In this document: positions 17,700 through 26,771 of the stretch, piece by piece
Layout of the letters: each line of letters opens with the position of its first letter
Numbering within the stretch: position 1 is the first letter of the stretch
Source of the DNA: a bacterium
GTDB lineage: Bacteria > UBA8248
DNA: 64,000 nt
Assembly (NCBI GenBank): GCA_965203325.1
Contig: OZ241875.1
Span: 1,312,001 to 1,376,000 of the forward strand
Direction: 5' to 3'
Translations under genes and position numbers: made by a program
The notes under the pieces: model-generated
Database searches by the model: none
What the model was told of the DNA's origin: nothing
What the model saw: only the letters and a program-made list of their open reading frames with translations

Positions 17700-18638
17700 T
17701 TACTCCGCCCGCGGGTGTAAATCCCCAAAAAACTCCCGCACCTCGGCCTCCGCTTTCTCGAAAGACTTGCGACCGAGCCCGAATATGGCCCGGAGCTTGC
17801 GGGGGTCGTGCTCCATGAAGTCCGTCTCATAGGCGCTGTCGGTGAAAGAGTCGTTGATGCGCAGGGTACAGATATCGGGGAAGAAGAGTTCGCGCAGCGT
17901 ATCGACGGTGTTCGAACTCGTCCTCGATAGCGTCATGTAGGTCTTGAGCGGCCTTATCCCTGCGATGATCCGCCGCGTCCATTGCCTCGACTCGGGATAA
18001 CTGCCTGTCCCGACGCTCAGGATGCGGATATCCTCCCGGGCGATGCCGAGCGGCCCGGTGGCGTCCGCGATGGCGAAAAGGGTGGGGTTGTTCGCCGTGA
18101 ACCCGCCGTCGAGCGCCGTGCGTTCCTCGATTTTGGGCGCGGCGATGCGTTTTTGCTTCAGGAACGGATGCGCGGCGCAAGACGCCAGTATCGCGTCCGA
18201 TATCTTCATGCCCTCGCCCGACAAGAAACTATCGAGATCGCCGTGCGATGGGCCGATGGTGCGCTTGAATACCATGGGGCGGTCGTATTCCTCATGGGTA
18301 ACAAGGATTCCCACGTCCAGCCTGAAATCCTCAAAAGTCCTCTCGCCGTATATCGCTTGCGAATGCCTTTGCAGCGCGTTCGTCTTGTTGCGCGCGAGCA
18401 AGGGCCCCAGCACGTCGGGCGCGAGTTCGAAATAGCGATCCGCAATCGTCGGCTCGACCTCATCGCCCAGTGCAATCATCGTGGCGATGATCGAGCCCGT
18501 GCTGACGCCGTAGGCGAGATCAAAGGCCTCGTGCAGGGGGCGTCCCAGGGTGCGCTCAATCCCGGCCAGCACACCCAGGGTGTAGACCCCGAGCGAGCCG
18601 CCGCCGTCGAGCGAGAGGATGTAGAAGGGCTTGCTCAT
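17700..18638 (-). CDS. Patatin-like phospholipase
   Basis: LSLDGGGSLG, GVSTG nucleophile elbow, DGG catalytic Asp, LSVGTG. Confidence 0.88.
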   Translation of the reverse strand: MSKPFYILSLDGGGSLGVYTLGVLAGIERTLGRPLHEAFDLAYGVSTGSIIATMIALGDEVEPTIADRYFELAPDVLGPLLARNKTNALQRHSQAIYGERTFEDFRLDVGILVTHEEYDRPMVFKRTIGPSHGDLDSFLSGEGMKISDAILASCAAHPFLKQKRIAAPKIEERTALDGGFTANNPTLFAIADATGPLGIAREDIRILSVGTGSYPESRQWTRRIIAGIRPLKTYMTLSRTSSNTVDTLRELFFPDICTLRINDSFTDSAYETDFMEHDPRKLRAIFGLGRKSFEKAEAEVREFFGDLHPRAE

Positions 18639-18718
18639 CGAGGGCTGGCCCGGAGGAACACGAGCAGATTTCGCCCAAAAGGATTTGTGAATTTCGCCGG
18701 GGAACGTCGGTTATTCAT

Positions 18719-18744
18719 GGGGGCATTCTAGCGCAAACGGGGCG
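18719..18744. repeat. 26-bp direct repeat, copy 2
   Basis: GGGGGCATTCTAGCGCAAACGGGGCG. Confidence 0.65.
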
Positions 18745-18786
18745 GGGTTGTTCAGTGGGGTGCATAGACGATTTATGCAGGATCTC

Positions 18787-18861
18787 GTAGGGACAGGTCG
18801 CGACCTGTCCCTGCATATGCGGTGGCGACCAAACCGTAGGGGTCAGACATATATGTCTGAC
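18787..18861. repeat. Cluster of GTAG-type REP palindromes
   Basis: GTAGGGACAGGTCGCGACCTGTCCCTGC (18787-18814); GTAGGG followed by the perfect palindrome GTCAGACATATATGTCTGAC (18842-18861). Confidence 0.8.
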
Positions 18862-19015
18862 TGTGTGTCCGCCCGCAACAGGAAGGGCACAAAACCCATC
18901 CTCGAATAAATCATAATCAAAAACCGGGCAGAGGCGCAGGCCGTCGCCTTGCAAACCACTCCTTTATCCACAGAAAAGGGGGGGGTTCAACAGGCCCTCC
19001 TCGCTCGGGATTGAC

Positions 19016-20746
19016 CTAATCCATCCTCACATATTCATGTGCGCGGAAGGGCACGCCCAGTTCTTCTGTCGCCACCTTCTCGCACGCTTCGATGTCGATG
19101 AGGCCGCTCATCTTGACGGCCGTCACCTCCACCTCGGGGATGTAGTTCTTGGACCAGCGGACGAATTCCTTGACCAGCGGGTAGGGTTCTTCGATGCCTT
19201 TGGTCTTGCAGACTTTCGCGTAGGCCTCCGGGCCTTCCGCCTGCATGCTGATGGATACCGCGTCCACGAGGCCGCGGAGTTCGGGCAGAATGTTTCTCTC
19301 GTGCGTCTTGTTGGCGAGCCCGTTCGTCACCAGGCGGATCCGCCGGGCGCCGCGGCGCTTGAGTTCGCCGGCCACCTCCTTCACCACGTCGAGCCTGAGC
19401 GTCGGCTCGCCGAATCCGCTGAAGACGACTTCGGTGAAGCGCGACGGGTCGCCCGCGGCGGCGAGCACCTCCGCCGCGTCGGGTTCCTGCGCGAGTTTCA
19501 GATTGTGTCCCTTGTAGACGCAATCGCTCAGAAGCCCGCAGAAAAAACACGAATTCTGGCAATCGTTCGTCACGTTGAGGTAGAGCGTCTCGCCGACCGT
19601 GTAGGCGATGCTTCCCCCGTCAGGCTCCGGCCCTACCCCGAACAGACGGCGTACGTTCTCCGTCGTGAGGCGCGTCACCGCCTCCGTCGACATTCCGTGG
19701 AGTTCGGCCAGGGACTCCGCCACGCGCGCGACGTAGGCCGGTTCGTTCCGCTTGCCCCGGTGCGGCGGGGGAGCGAGATAGGGGCTGTCCGTCTCGAGCA
19801 GAACGCGCTCTACAGGAACCCGCTCGAAGATTTCCCTCAACTCTTCCGAGCGCGAGAACGTGATGGCTCCACCCGCGCCCAGGTGAAAATCGATGTCCAG
19901 GAATTTCCGGGCCTGTTCGTCATCGCCCGTAAAGCAATGGATGACACCGCCCGCGCGCCACGCCCTTTCTTCCTCCAGAATCTCATAGATGTCATCCGCA
20001 GAGTCGCGGCAATGGACGATGATGGGCTTGCCCACATCGACGGCCACCCTGATTTGCTCCCGGAACCACCTGCGCTGGGCCTTGCGCGGGGCGCCCTCCC
20101 GGTAGTAGTCCAGGCCTATCTCGCCGACGGCCACCACCTTGGGATCCGCCGTGAGTTTGGCGATATCCTTGATGGTTCTCTCGTTCACGCCGTTCACGTC
20201 GCTCGGATGCACGCCGACCGCCGCGTAGACGCCCGCGTAGGAAGCCGCGAGGTCGACGGTCCGTCGGCTCGATTCCAGGCAGGTGCCCATCGAGATGATG
20301 TAGTGCACGCCCTCCTCGATGGCGCGCTCCACCGCCCCCTGGCGGTCCGAATCGAACGCCTTGTCGATGAGATGCGCATGGGTATCGACCAGCACGGGCA
20401 GCCCGTTCGTATCCGGCAAGTCGGCGATGATGACCTGGGGCCGGGCTTTTTTCCTCCGCTCGTGCCGCCAGCGGTTCTTGGTCCTGCGTCCGCCTCGCCC
20501 GCGCCGGGAATCGCTATCGCGCGCGCCACCGTTTTCAGTGCGCTGGGCGGTTTTCTCTCCGTTTTGCGAGTGCGCGGCGGGTTCGGTCGCCCCGGATGTA
20601 TTCTGACGTTCTTTGTGTTCCGGACGTTTTCCGCCCCTTCGGCCGCGTCTTCTTCTGCGGCGCTGGGAGCGTCCCTTTCTGTCCTTACCCGCGAATGAGT
20701 CCTTATCGCCGGATGAATCCGGCCCGGATTCCATAGATTCGTTCAC
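19016..20746 (-). CDS. tatD: TatD-family nuclease fused to a TatD-associated radical SAM domain, with Arg-rich N-terminal extension
   Basis: DTHAH, GVHP, GEIGLDY, IVHCRD, IHCF, ETDSPY; then YLNVTNDCQNSCFFC and FSGFGEP. Confidence 0.85.
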   Translation of the reverse strand: MNESMESGPDSSGDKDSFAGKDRKGRSQRRRRRRGRRGGKRPEHKERQNTSGATEPAAHSQNGEKTAQRTENGGARDSDSRRGRGGRRTKNRWRHERRKKARPQVIIADLPDTNGLPVLVDTHAHLIDKAFDSDRQGAVERAIEEGVHYIISMGTCLESSRRTVDLAASYAGVYAAVGVHPSDVNGVNERTIKDIAKLTADPKVVAVGEIGLDYYREGAPRKAQRRWFREQIRVAVDVGKPIIVHCRDSADDIYEILEEERAWRAGGVIHCFTGDDEQARKFLDIDFHLGAGGAITFSRSEELREIFERVPVERVLLETDSPYLAPPPHRGKRNEPAYVARVAESLAELHGMSTEAVTRLTTENVRRLFGVGPEPDGGSIAYTVGETLYLNVTNDCQNSCFFCGLLSDCVYKGHNLKLAQEPDAAEVLAAAGDPSRFTEVVFSGFGEPTLRLDVVKEVAGELKRRGARRIRLVTNGLANKTHERNILPELRGLVDAVSISMQAEGPEAYAKVCKTKGIEEPYPLVKEFVRWSKNYIPEVEVTAVKMSGLIDIEACEKVATEELGVPFRAHEYVRMD

Positions 20747-20784
20747 TCCACAAACTCCAATCTCCCGGGCGGGTCGTCTTGCCG

Positions 20785-22734
20785 CTACCGGATCGGCGCA
20801 CCCGGCGTTGCCGTCTCGTCCACGCCTGCGAGCAGGAGATTCTTCCCGTCCTCGGCGGCGAGAACCATGCCCTGGGACTCCACGCCCATCAGCCTGGCGG
20901 GTTCGAGGTTGGCCACCAGAATCACCTTGCGGCCCGGCAAATCCTCGGGCGCGTAGTGTTTCGCAATGCCCGCCACGACGGTCCGGGGTTCCTCGCCGAG
21001 AGAGACGGTGAGCTTCAGCAGGTTTTTCGACTTGGGTATCCGCTCGGCCTCGAGCACCTCGGCGACGCGCAAATCCATCTTTTGAAATTCCTCGAAAGAT
21101 ATTCGTTCTGTCGCATCCTCTTCGGGCGCTGCCTCGTCGCCGCCCGCGATGCGCAGGGCCACCTTCTCCTGTATGGCTTCTTTCGCCTCATCCTCGATGC
21201 GCGGGAAAAGAGGAGCGCCGATGTTGGTCACCAACTCCTCCGGCAGCCTCCGCATGTCCATCAATTCCGAATAAGGCGCATTCGCCCAGTCTTCGGCCAG
21301 GCCGATTTGCGCCGCTATCTTTTGGGCCGAGGCGGGCATGGCGGGCGATATCATGGCTGCGACGACGCGCATCGACGCCACGGCGTGCCAGAGCACCGAG
21401 CACAGGCGGGCCTCCTCACCCTCTTTCGCGAGCGTCCAGGGAGCGTTCGCGTCGATGTATTTATTCGCGCAGGAAATCACCTCCCAGGCGGCTCTCAGGC
21501 CGTTCTGGAAGTGGGTCGCCGCCATGCCGCTCTCGTATTTCCCGGCCGCATCGGCGACGAATTCGCAGAATGCGCTCTCCGCCTCGGTATCGCCCGCCGC
21601 GGAGCGCTCGAGGCGGCCGTCCCGGTAGCGCTTCACCATGTTCAGCGTGCGGTAGAGCAGGTTGCCCAGATCGTTCGCCAGATCGCTGTTGATGCGGTCG
21701 ATCAGCGCGCTGTGGGAGAAATCCCCATCCAGCCCGAAGGGGATCTCCTTGAGCAGGAAATACCGGATGGCGTCGACGCCGTATTCCTCGATGAGCCAGT
21801 GCGGGTCGACCGCGTTGCCCAGGCTCTTGGACATCTTCTGGCCCTCGACCGTCCACCACCCGTGACTGAAGACCTGGCCCGGCAGGGGGACGCCTGCGGA
21901 GAGGAGAAAGGCGGGCCAGTAGACCGCGTGGAACCTCAGGATGTCCTTGCCGATGAAGTGCTGGTCCGTCGGCCAGGAGCTTCCCTCGTGCATCCCGCTC
22001 TCATCGAAGCCCGGAGCGGTCAGGTAGTTGCTGAGCGCGTCGAACCACACGTAGATCACGTGTTTCTCATCTCCCGGCACGGGGATGCCCCACTGAAAGC
22101 TCGTGCGCGAGAGCGACAGGTCCTTGAGTCCCCCCCGCACGAAGCTCATCACCTCGTTTCTACGGCTCTCGGGCTGAACGAATTGGGGATTTTTCTCGTA
22201 ATGTTCAAGAAGCGGCTCGGCGTACTCGCTGAGGCGGAAGAAATAACTCGGTTCCTCCACCCATTCGACCTCCGCACCCGTGGGCGCGAGTTTCACGCCG
22301 TCGGGGCCTTCGGTGAGTTCGCTCTCGGTGTAGAACGCTTCGTCGCGAACGGCGTACCAGCCCGCGTAGGCGCCCAGGTAGATGTCGCCCGCGGCCTCCA
22401 CGCGCCGCCAAAGCTCCTGCACGCCGCGGATGTGGCGCTCCTCGGTCGTGCGGATGTAATCGTCGTAGGAGATGTCGAGCTTCTCCCAGAGCTCGCGGAA
22501 TTTCGCGCTGTTCATGTCGCAGAACGCGAGGGGTTCCATGCCGGCCTCTCGGGCCGCGCGCTCGAGTTTCTGGCCGTGCTCGTCGGTTCCGGTGAGAAAC
22601 TGCGTCGGCTCGCCCCTGAGCCTGTGGAAGCGCGCCTTGGCGTCGCAGGCCACCGTCGTATAGGCATGGCCGAGGTGCGGCTTGTCGTTGACGTAATATA
22701 TCGGCGTGGTGACGTAAAACGGTTTTCTGCTCAT
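20785..22734 (-). CDS. metG: Methionine--tRNA ligase
   Basis: TTPIYYVN..PHLGH, KMSKS, YVWFDAL, C-terminal tRNA-binding domain GVESQGM. Confidence 0.97.
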   Translation of the reverse strand: MSRKPFYVTTPIYYVNDKPHLGHAYTTVACDAKARFHRLRGEPTQFLTGTDEHGQKLERAAREAGMEPLAFCDMNSAKFRELWEKLDISYDDYIRTTEERHIRGVQELWRRVEAAGDIYLGAYAGWYAVRDEAFYTESELTEGPDGVKLAPTGAEVEWVEEPSYFFRLSEYAEPLLEHYEKNPQFVQPESRRNEVMSFVRGGLKDLSLSRTSFQWGIPVPGDEKHVIYVWFDALSNYLTAPGFDESGMHEGSSWPTDQHFIGKDILRFHAVYWPAFLLSAGVPLPGQVFSHGWWTVEGQKMSKSLGNAVDPHWLIEEYGVDAIRYFLLKEIPFGLDGDFSHSALIDRINSDLANDLGNLLYRTLNMVKRYRDGRLERSAAGDTEAESAFCEFVADAAGKYESGMAATHFQNGLRAAWEVISCANKYIDANAPWTLAKEGEEARLCSVLWHAVASMRVVAAMISPAMPASAQKIAAQIGLAEDWANAPYSELMDMRRLPEELVTNIGAPLFPRIEDEAKEAIQEKVALRIAGGDEAAPEEDATERISFEEFQKMDLRVAEVLEAERIPKSKNLLKLTVSLGEEPRTVVAGIAKHYAPEDLPGRKVILVANLEPARLMGVESQGMVLAAEDGKNLLLAGVDETATPGAPIR

Positions 22735-23669
22735 CGTTTCGGGCCGTTTTCCCTGGACAAGACGTTGAGGGATGTATCGTTCTGGACGCCGGTTTTAAGA
22801 GAAAACTGGCCTGTGGGCAAACGCATGAGATCCTCCGCGCGCACCGTCATGAAGTCCCCCGTCTCGAGAGCGAGGGTCACCTCTTCCTTGAGCAGGTCCT
22901 GGCGCACGACGGTCGCGCCGCAGTCGCAGCCGCCGACTTTCTTCTTGCACGCCGGCAATTTCTTCTTCACCGACACGTAGTGGGAATGCTCGAAGCGGAG
23001 GCAGCACTTGAGCCGCCCGCAGCCGCCGGAGAGTTTTACGGGGTTCAAGCTCAGGTTCTGGTCCTTCGCCATGCGGACCGAAATGGGGTCGAACGACTTG
23101 AGAAAGGAACTGCAGCAATAGGTGCGCCCGCAATCGCCGCAGCCGCCCTTCATGCCCGCCTCGTCGCGCACGCCGATCTGGCGCATCTCCACGCGAACCG
23201 AGAGGCGCTCGGCGAGCACCCGCACCAGCTTGCGGAAATCCACGCGGCCGTCGGAGGAGAAATAAAACGTCGCCTTCTTGTTCGAGTGGATGTAGCGAAC
23301 CTCGATGAGGCGCATGGGAAGTTTGAGCTCGGATATCTTCATGCGGCAAAAATCATAGGCGCTCTTCTCGTTCGCCTCGTTGCGGGCCACCTTTTTATCG
23401 TCATCTTCGGTGGCCACCCGCAACACCTCGGGCAGCGGATCGGGAAAATAGCGCGAATCCATGACCCGGGGGTTTTCGGATATCTCGCCGAACTCCGTAT
23501 CCCCGTCCCTGGTCTTGACCATCACCTTCATGCCGACCCGAAGCCTAAGATCCCCGTAGGTGTGATGTACCGGCCGTGCGCCGAAGCGCGTCTTGACCCC
23601 GACCACGCCGATCTTGCGCGGCTCGGGCGGCGCCGCGAGGGCCGCGCCGCCATTGGTTGTTTCACTCAT
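22731..23669 (-). CDS. ricT: PSP1 domain protein (RicT/YaaT family)
   Basis: RVDFR.LV, RQIGVRDEA, CCSSFL, SG.CGRLKCCL; canonical holB-PSP1-metG context. Confidence 0.88.
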   Translation of the reverse strand: MSETTNGGAALAAPPEPRKIGVVGVKTRFGARPVHHTYGDLRLRVGMKVMVKTRDGDTEFGEISENPRVMDSRYFPDPLPEVLRVATEDDDKKVARNEANEKSAYDFCRMKISELKLPMRLIEVRYIHSNKKATFYFSSDGRVDFRKLVRVLAERLSVRVEMRQIGVRDEAGMKGGCGDCGRTYCCSSFLKSFDPISVRMAKDQNLSLNPVKLSGGCGRLKCCLRFEHSHYVSVKKKLPACKKKVGGCDCGATVVRQDLLKEEVTLALETGDFMTVRAEDLMRLPTGQFSLKTGVQNDTSLNVLSRENGPKR

Positions 23670-23678
23670 TCGTTCACC

Positions 23679-24704
23679 TCAAACCCCGGCGGGAACCGTC
23701 TCCCGCAGGGAATATACCAGAGTCTCGAGCGTCAGGGACGGGTTGGTATTCCCGCCGTCCACGTCGCGCATGGCCTCTCCCACCCTCTCGAGGGCACGGG
23801 TCAAGCCTGCGCTCCCCCAGCGCTCTCCCATGGCGGCCAACGCCGCCCGAATGTCCGTGTGCCACAAATCTATCGCCTCGGGCGCTTCCTGGGTGATGAG
23901 TATATCGCGAAGCAGCCCCCGAAGCATTTCCAAAAAGAGAATTGTTTCATTTCTGCCAGTTGCCCCGCTGCCCGCCCGCTCGGAGGCGAGCGTGATGAGG
24001 GTCACCTCGTCCGCCCGGCCCGCCGGCGCGCTCAACTCCTCCAGGAAACGCATCGCCTCCTCCCTGCGCTCGGAGAGGGCCTCGGTGTCGGAAGACACCG
24101 CGACACCCAGCCGTCCCATGCTGAGGGAGACGAGTTTGTCCACGTCGGCGGCGGCGTCACCGAGTCGCTCCTCCAGAATGGCGGCCATATCCGACCGCGC
24201 CAGAGCCTGGAACCTGAGCCTCCGGCAACGCGAGACGATCGTCGGCAGCAGGGTGTGGAGGTTCGGCGTCACCAGTATCAATACCGTGTCTGCGCCAGGC
24301 TCTTCCAGCGTCTTGAGCAGGACGTTCTGGCTCACCCGCGTCAGCAGATGGGCGTCTTCGATGATGAAGACCTGCCGCATCCCCTCGTTGGGACGCTGGT
24401 GGGCGCGCCAGATCACTTCCTCTCGGACCGACTCCGCCTTGATGGAGCGAGACCCCGCGACGGGGCCGATGGAGACGACGTCGGGGTGTACGTTCGCGCG
24501 CACCTTCTCGCACGCCGCACAGACTCCGCACGGCGGCGCATCGCCCGTGCATTGGAGGGCCTGGGCGAACAGGCGCGCAGCGCTCGCCTTACCGACCCCG
24601 TCGGGGCCATAAAACAGATAAGCGCCCGCCACCTGGCCGGAGGATAAGTCTCTTCGCAGCAGGTCTAGGGCCGCGTCCTGGCCGCGGATGGATTCCCAGC
24701 CCAT
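23679..24704 (-). CDS. holB: DNA polymerase III subunit delta prime
   Basis: YLFYGPDGVGK, zinc motif C..PCGVCAAC, HPD, LLKTLEEP, TIVSRC. Confidence 0.92.
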   Translation of the reverse strand: MGWESIRGQDAALDLLRRDLSSGQVAGAYLFYGPDGVGKASAARLFAQALQCTGDAPPCGVCAACEKVRANVHPDVVSIGPVAGSRSIKAESVREEVIWRAHQRPNEGMRQVFIIEDAHLLTRVSQNVLLKTLEEPGADTVLILVTPNLHTLLPTIVSRCRRLRFQALARSDMAAILEERLGDAAADVDKLVSLSMGRLGVAVSSDTEALSERREEAMRFLEELSAPAGRADEVTLITLASERAGSGATGRNETILFLEMLRGLLRDILITQEAPEAIDLWHTDIRAALAAMGERWGSAGLTRALERVGEAMRDVDGGNTNPSLTLETLVYSLRETVPAGV

Positions 24705-25318
24705 TCGAATCTTTCCTTTACGATGCGCACCACTTCTTCGTGCACCTGTTCAATCGCGCCCTCGCCCAAGGTGCGGAACCGTCCGGGCTCGCGCTTCGCC
24801 AGCGCCTCGAAGCCCGCCTGCACCTTGCGGTGAAACGCCAGGCTCTCGCCCTCGAGTCGGTCGCCCGCGCTTTCGCCGCGCGCGCGATCGAGACCTTCCT
24901 CAATCGATACGGAGAACAACAGCGTGAGGTCGGGGATAATCCCCCCGCTCGCCATCCGGTTCAACTCCCGCACCATCTCCTCGTCCAGCCCCCGTCCGAA
25001 CGCCTGGTACGCCGTCGTGGAGTCGAAGAACCGGTCGCAAAGAACGTGGACGCCCGCCTCCAGGGCCGGCCGAATCACCTCGCTCACGTGCTGCGCCCGC
25101 GCCGCCTCGTAGAGCAGGAGCTCCGTGGCGGCATCCAGGCCCTCATCGCGTGGAGCGAGCAATAACTCGCGAATCCCCTCGCCGACCTTCGTACCGCCGG
25201 GTTCGCGCGTGGCGCGAACCGGCAGCCCCCCTTCTTCCATCCACTCCTTCAAGCGCGCCATCTGGGTCGACTTGCCGCAACCCTCCACACCCTCGAACGT
25301 AATGAAACGACCCCGCAT
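24665..25318 (-). CDS. tmk: Thymidylate kinase
   Basis: FITFEGVEGCGKSTQ, TREPGGT, CDRF.DST.AYQ. Confidence 0.95.
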   Translation of the reverse strand: MRGRFITFEGVEGCGKSTQMARLKEWMEEGGLPVRATREPGGTKVGEGIRELLLAPRDEGLDAATELLLYEAARAQHVSEVIRPALEAGVHVLCDRFFDSTTAYQAFGRGLDEEMVRELNRMASGGIIPDLTLLFSVSIEEGLDRARGESAGDRLEGESLAFHRKVQAGFEALAKREPGRFRTLGEGAIEQVHEEVVRIVKERFEWAGNPSAARTRP

Positions 25319-25391
25319 CGGCAAACTCCCAGAAAATTCCCGCGCCACACCTTACCACAACCCGCTCATGGGGCGGGCGGCATGCGAGCGA

Positions 25392-26771
25392 TCAGTTCCC
25401 GTCCAGCTTCCGGTATATGGTGCGCGTGGCGATTCCCAGGAGGCGGGCGGCGGCGCTCTTGTCGCCGCCCGTATGCCGGAGAGTCTCCAGAATGACCCGC
25501 CGCTCGACTTCCGCGAGCGGGGTGCCGACCTCGAGATTGATGAGCGGCGAGTCCGACGCCACGGACTGCTCTCCATTCGTGGGCTCGCCCCGGGCGATTT
25601 GCGCGGGCAAATCATCCACCGAGAGAATCTCTCCGCGGCTCAGCACCACGGCGCGCTCCACCATGTTCTCGAGTTCACGCACATTTCCCGGCCAGTGGTA
25701 GTTCGACATCGCATCGAGCGCCTCGCGCGAAAACGCGAGAACGGGCCGGTTGTTCTTCGCGGCGAAGCGCTGGAGGAAATGCTCGGCGAGCAGCGGAATG
25801 TCGCTGCGTCTGTCCCTCAGGGCCGGCATGTGAATGGTGATCACGTTCAGGCGATAATAGAGGTCCTCGCGAAACCTCTTGTCGGCCACGGCGGTTTGCA
25901 AGTCCGCGTTGGTGGAGGCCACGATACGCGCGTCCACCCTCAAAGTCTGCGTCCCGCCGACGCGCTCGAATTCGCCCTCCTGTAAAACCCGGAGAATCTT
26001 CGGCTGCAAAACGAGGGGCATATCCCCGATTTCATCGAGAAACAGCGTGCCCTCGTGCGCGATCTTGAACCGGCCCTCCTTCCGGCCCGCCGCGCCCGTG
26101 AACGCCCCGCGCTCGTAGCCGAACAGTTCGCTCTCGAGGAGCGTCTCGGGCAACGCTGCGCAGTTCACCTTCACCATCGCCTTGCCCGCCCGCTCGCTTC
26201 CCTCGTGCAGGGCGTTCGCCACCAGTTCCTTGCCCGTGCCGCTTTCGCCCAGTATCAGCACCGTGGCGGAGGTGGGCGCGACCTGGCGAACCATGTCCTT
26301 CACCCGGCGAATCGAGGGGTGGTCCCCCATCATGCCCGAGGTGTCTCTCAGGCTCTGGAGTTGCGCCCGCAAATCCGCGTTCTCGCGCAGGAGGGCCTGT
26401 TTTTCGAGCGCCTTGTCTATCGCCTTGAGGACAACCACGCGCTCGAGGGGCTTGGTGAGAAAATCATACGCCCCCTCACGCATCGCCTCGACGGCCGACT
26501 CGATGCTCCCGGCGCCGGAGATCAGGATCACTTCCGTATTCGGGCTGAGACGCTTCACCTCCTTGAGCAGGCCGATGCCGTCCATCCCGGGCATTCTGAG
26601 ATCGGTGATCACCAGATTTGCGGGCTCTGCGCCGAACATCTCTGCGGCGGTTTCCGCGTCGTGCGCCATGGCGACGTCGAACCCCTCTTTGGTGATCATC
26701 TTCTGGAGGGCCTCGCGGCTGCCACGCTTGTCGTCCACCACCAGCACGCGCGCCCCGGCGTGGTCGCTCAT
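25392..26771 (-). CDS. Sigma-54-dependent response regulator (NtrC/AtoC family)
   Basis: Receiver (VVDD, TDLRMP, KP); GESGTGKE, GAFTGA, WPGNVREL; C-terminal HTH. Confidence 0.93.
   Translation of the reverse strand: MSDHAGARVLVVDDKRGSREALQKMITKEGFDVAMAHDAETAAEMFGAEPANLVITDLRMPGMDGIGLLKEVKRLSPNTEVILISGAGSIESAVEAMREGAYDFLTKPLERVVVLKAIDKALEKQALLRENADLRAQLQSLRDTSGMMGDHPSIRRVKDMVRQVAPTSATVLILGESGTGKELVANALHEGSERAGKAMVKVNCAALPETLLESELFGYERGAFTGAAGRKEGRFKIAHEGTLFLDEIGDMPLVLQPKILRVLQEGEFERVGGTQTLRVDARIVASTNADLQTAVADKRFREDLYYRLNVITIHMPALRDRRSDIPLLAEHFLQRFAAKNNRPVLAFSREALDAMSNYHWPGNVRELENMVERAVVLSRGEILSVDDLPAQIARGEPTNGEQSVASDSPLINLEVGTPLAEVERRVILETLRHTGGDKSAAARLLGIATRTIYRKLDGN

Noticed and set aside
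17010..17700. Integron cassette around the AT-rich nuclease gene
   Set aside because: A GTTAAGT occurs at 17058, but I found no matching RYYYAAC/attC structure and no integrase.
17700..18638. CBASS CapV effector
   Set aside because: No CD-NTase or other cap genes adjacent; only a generic patatin call is supported.
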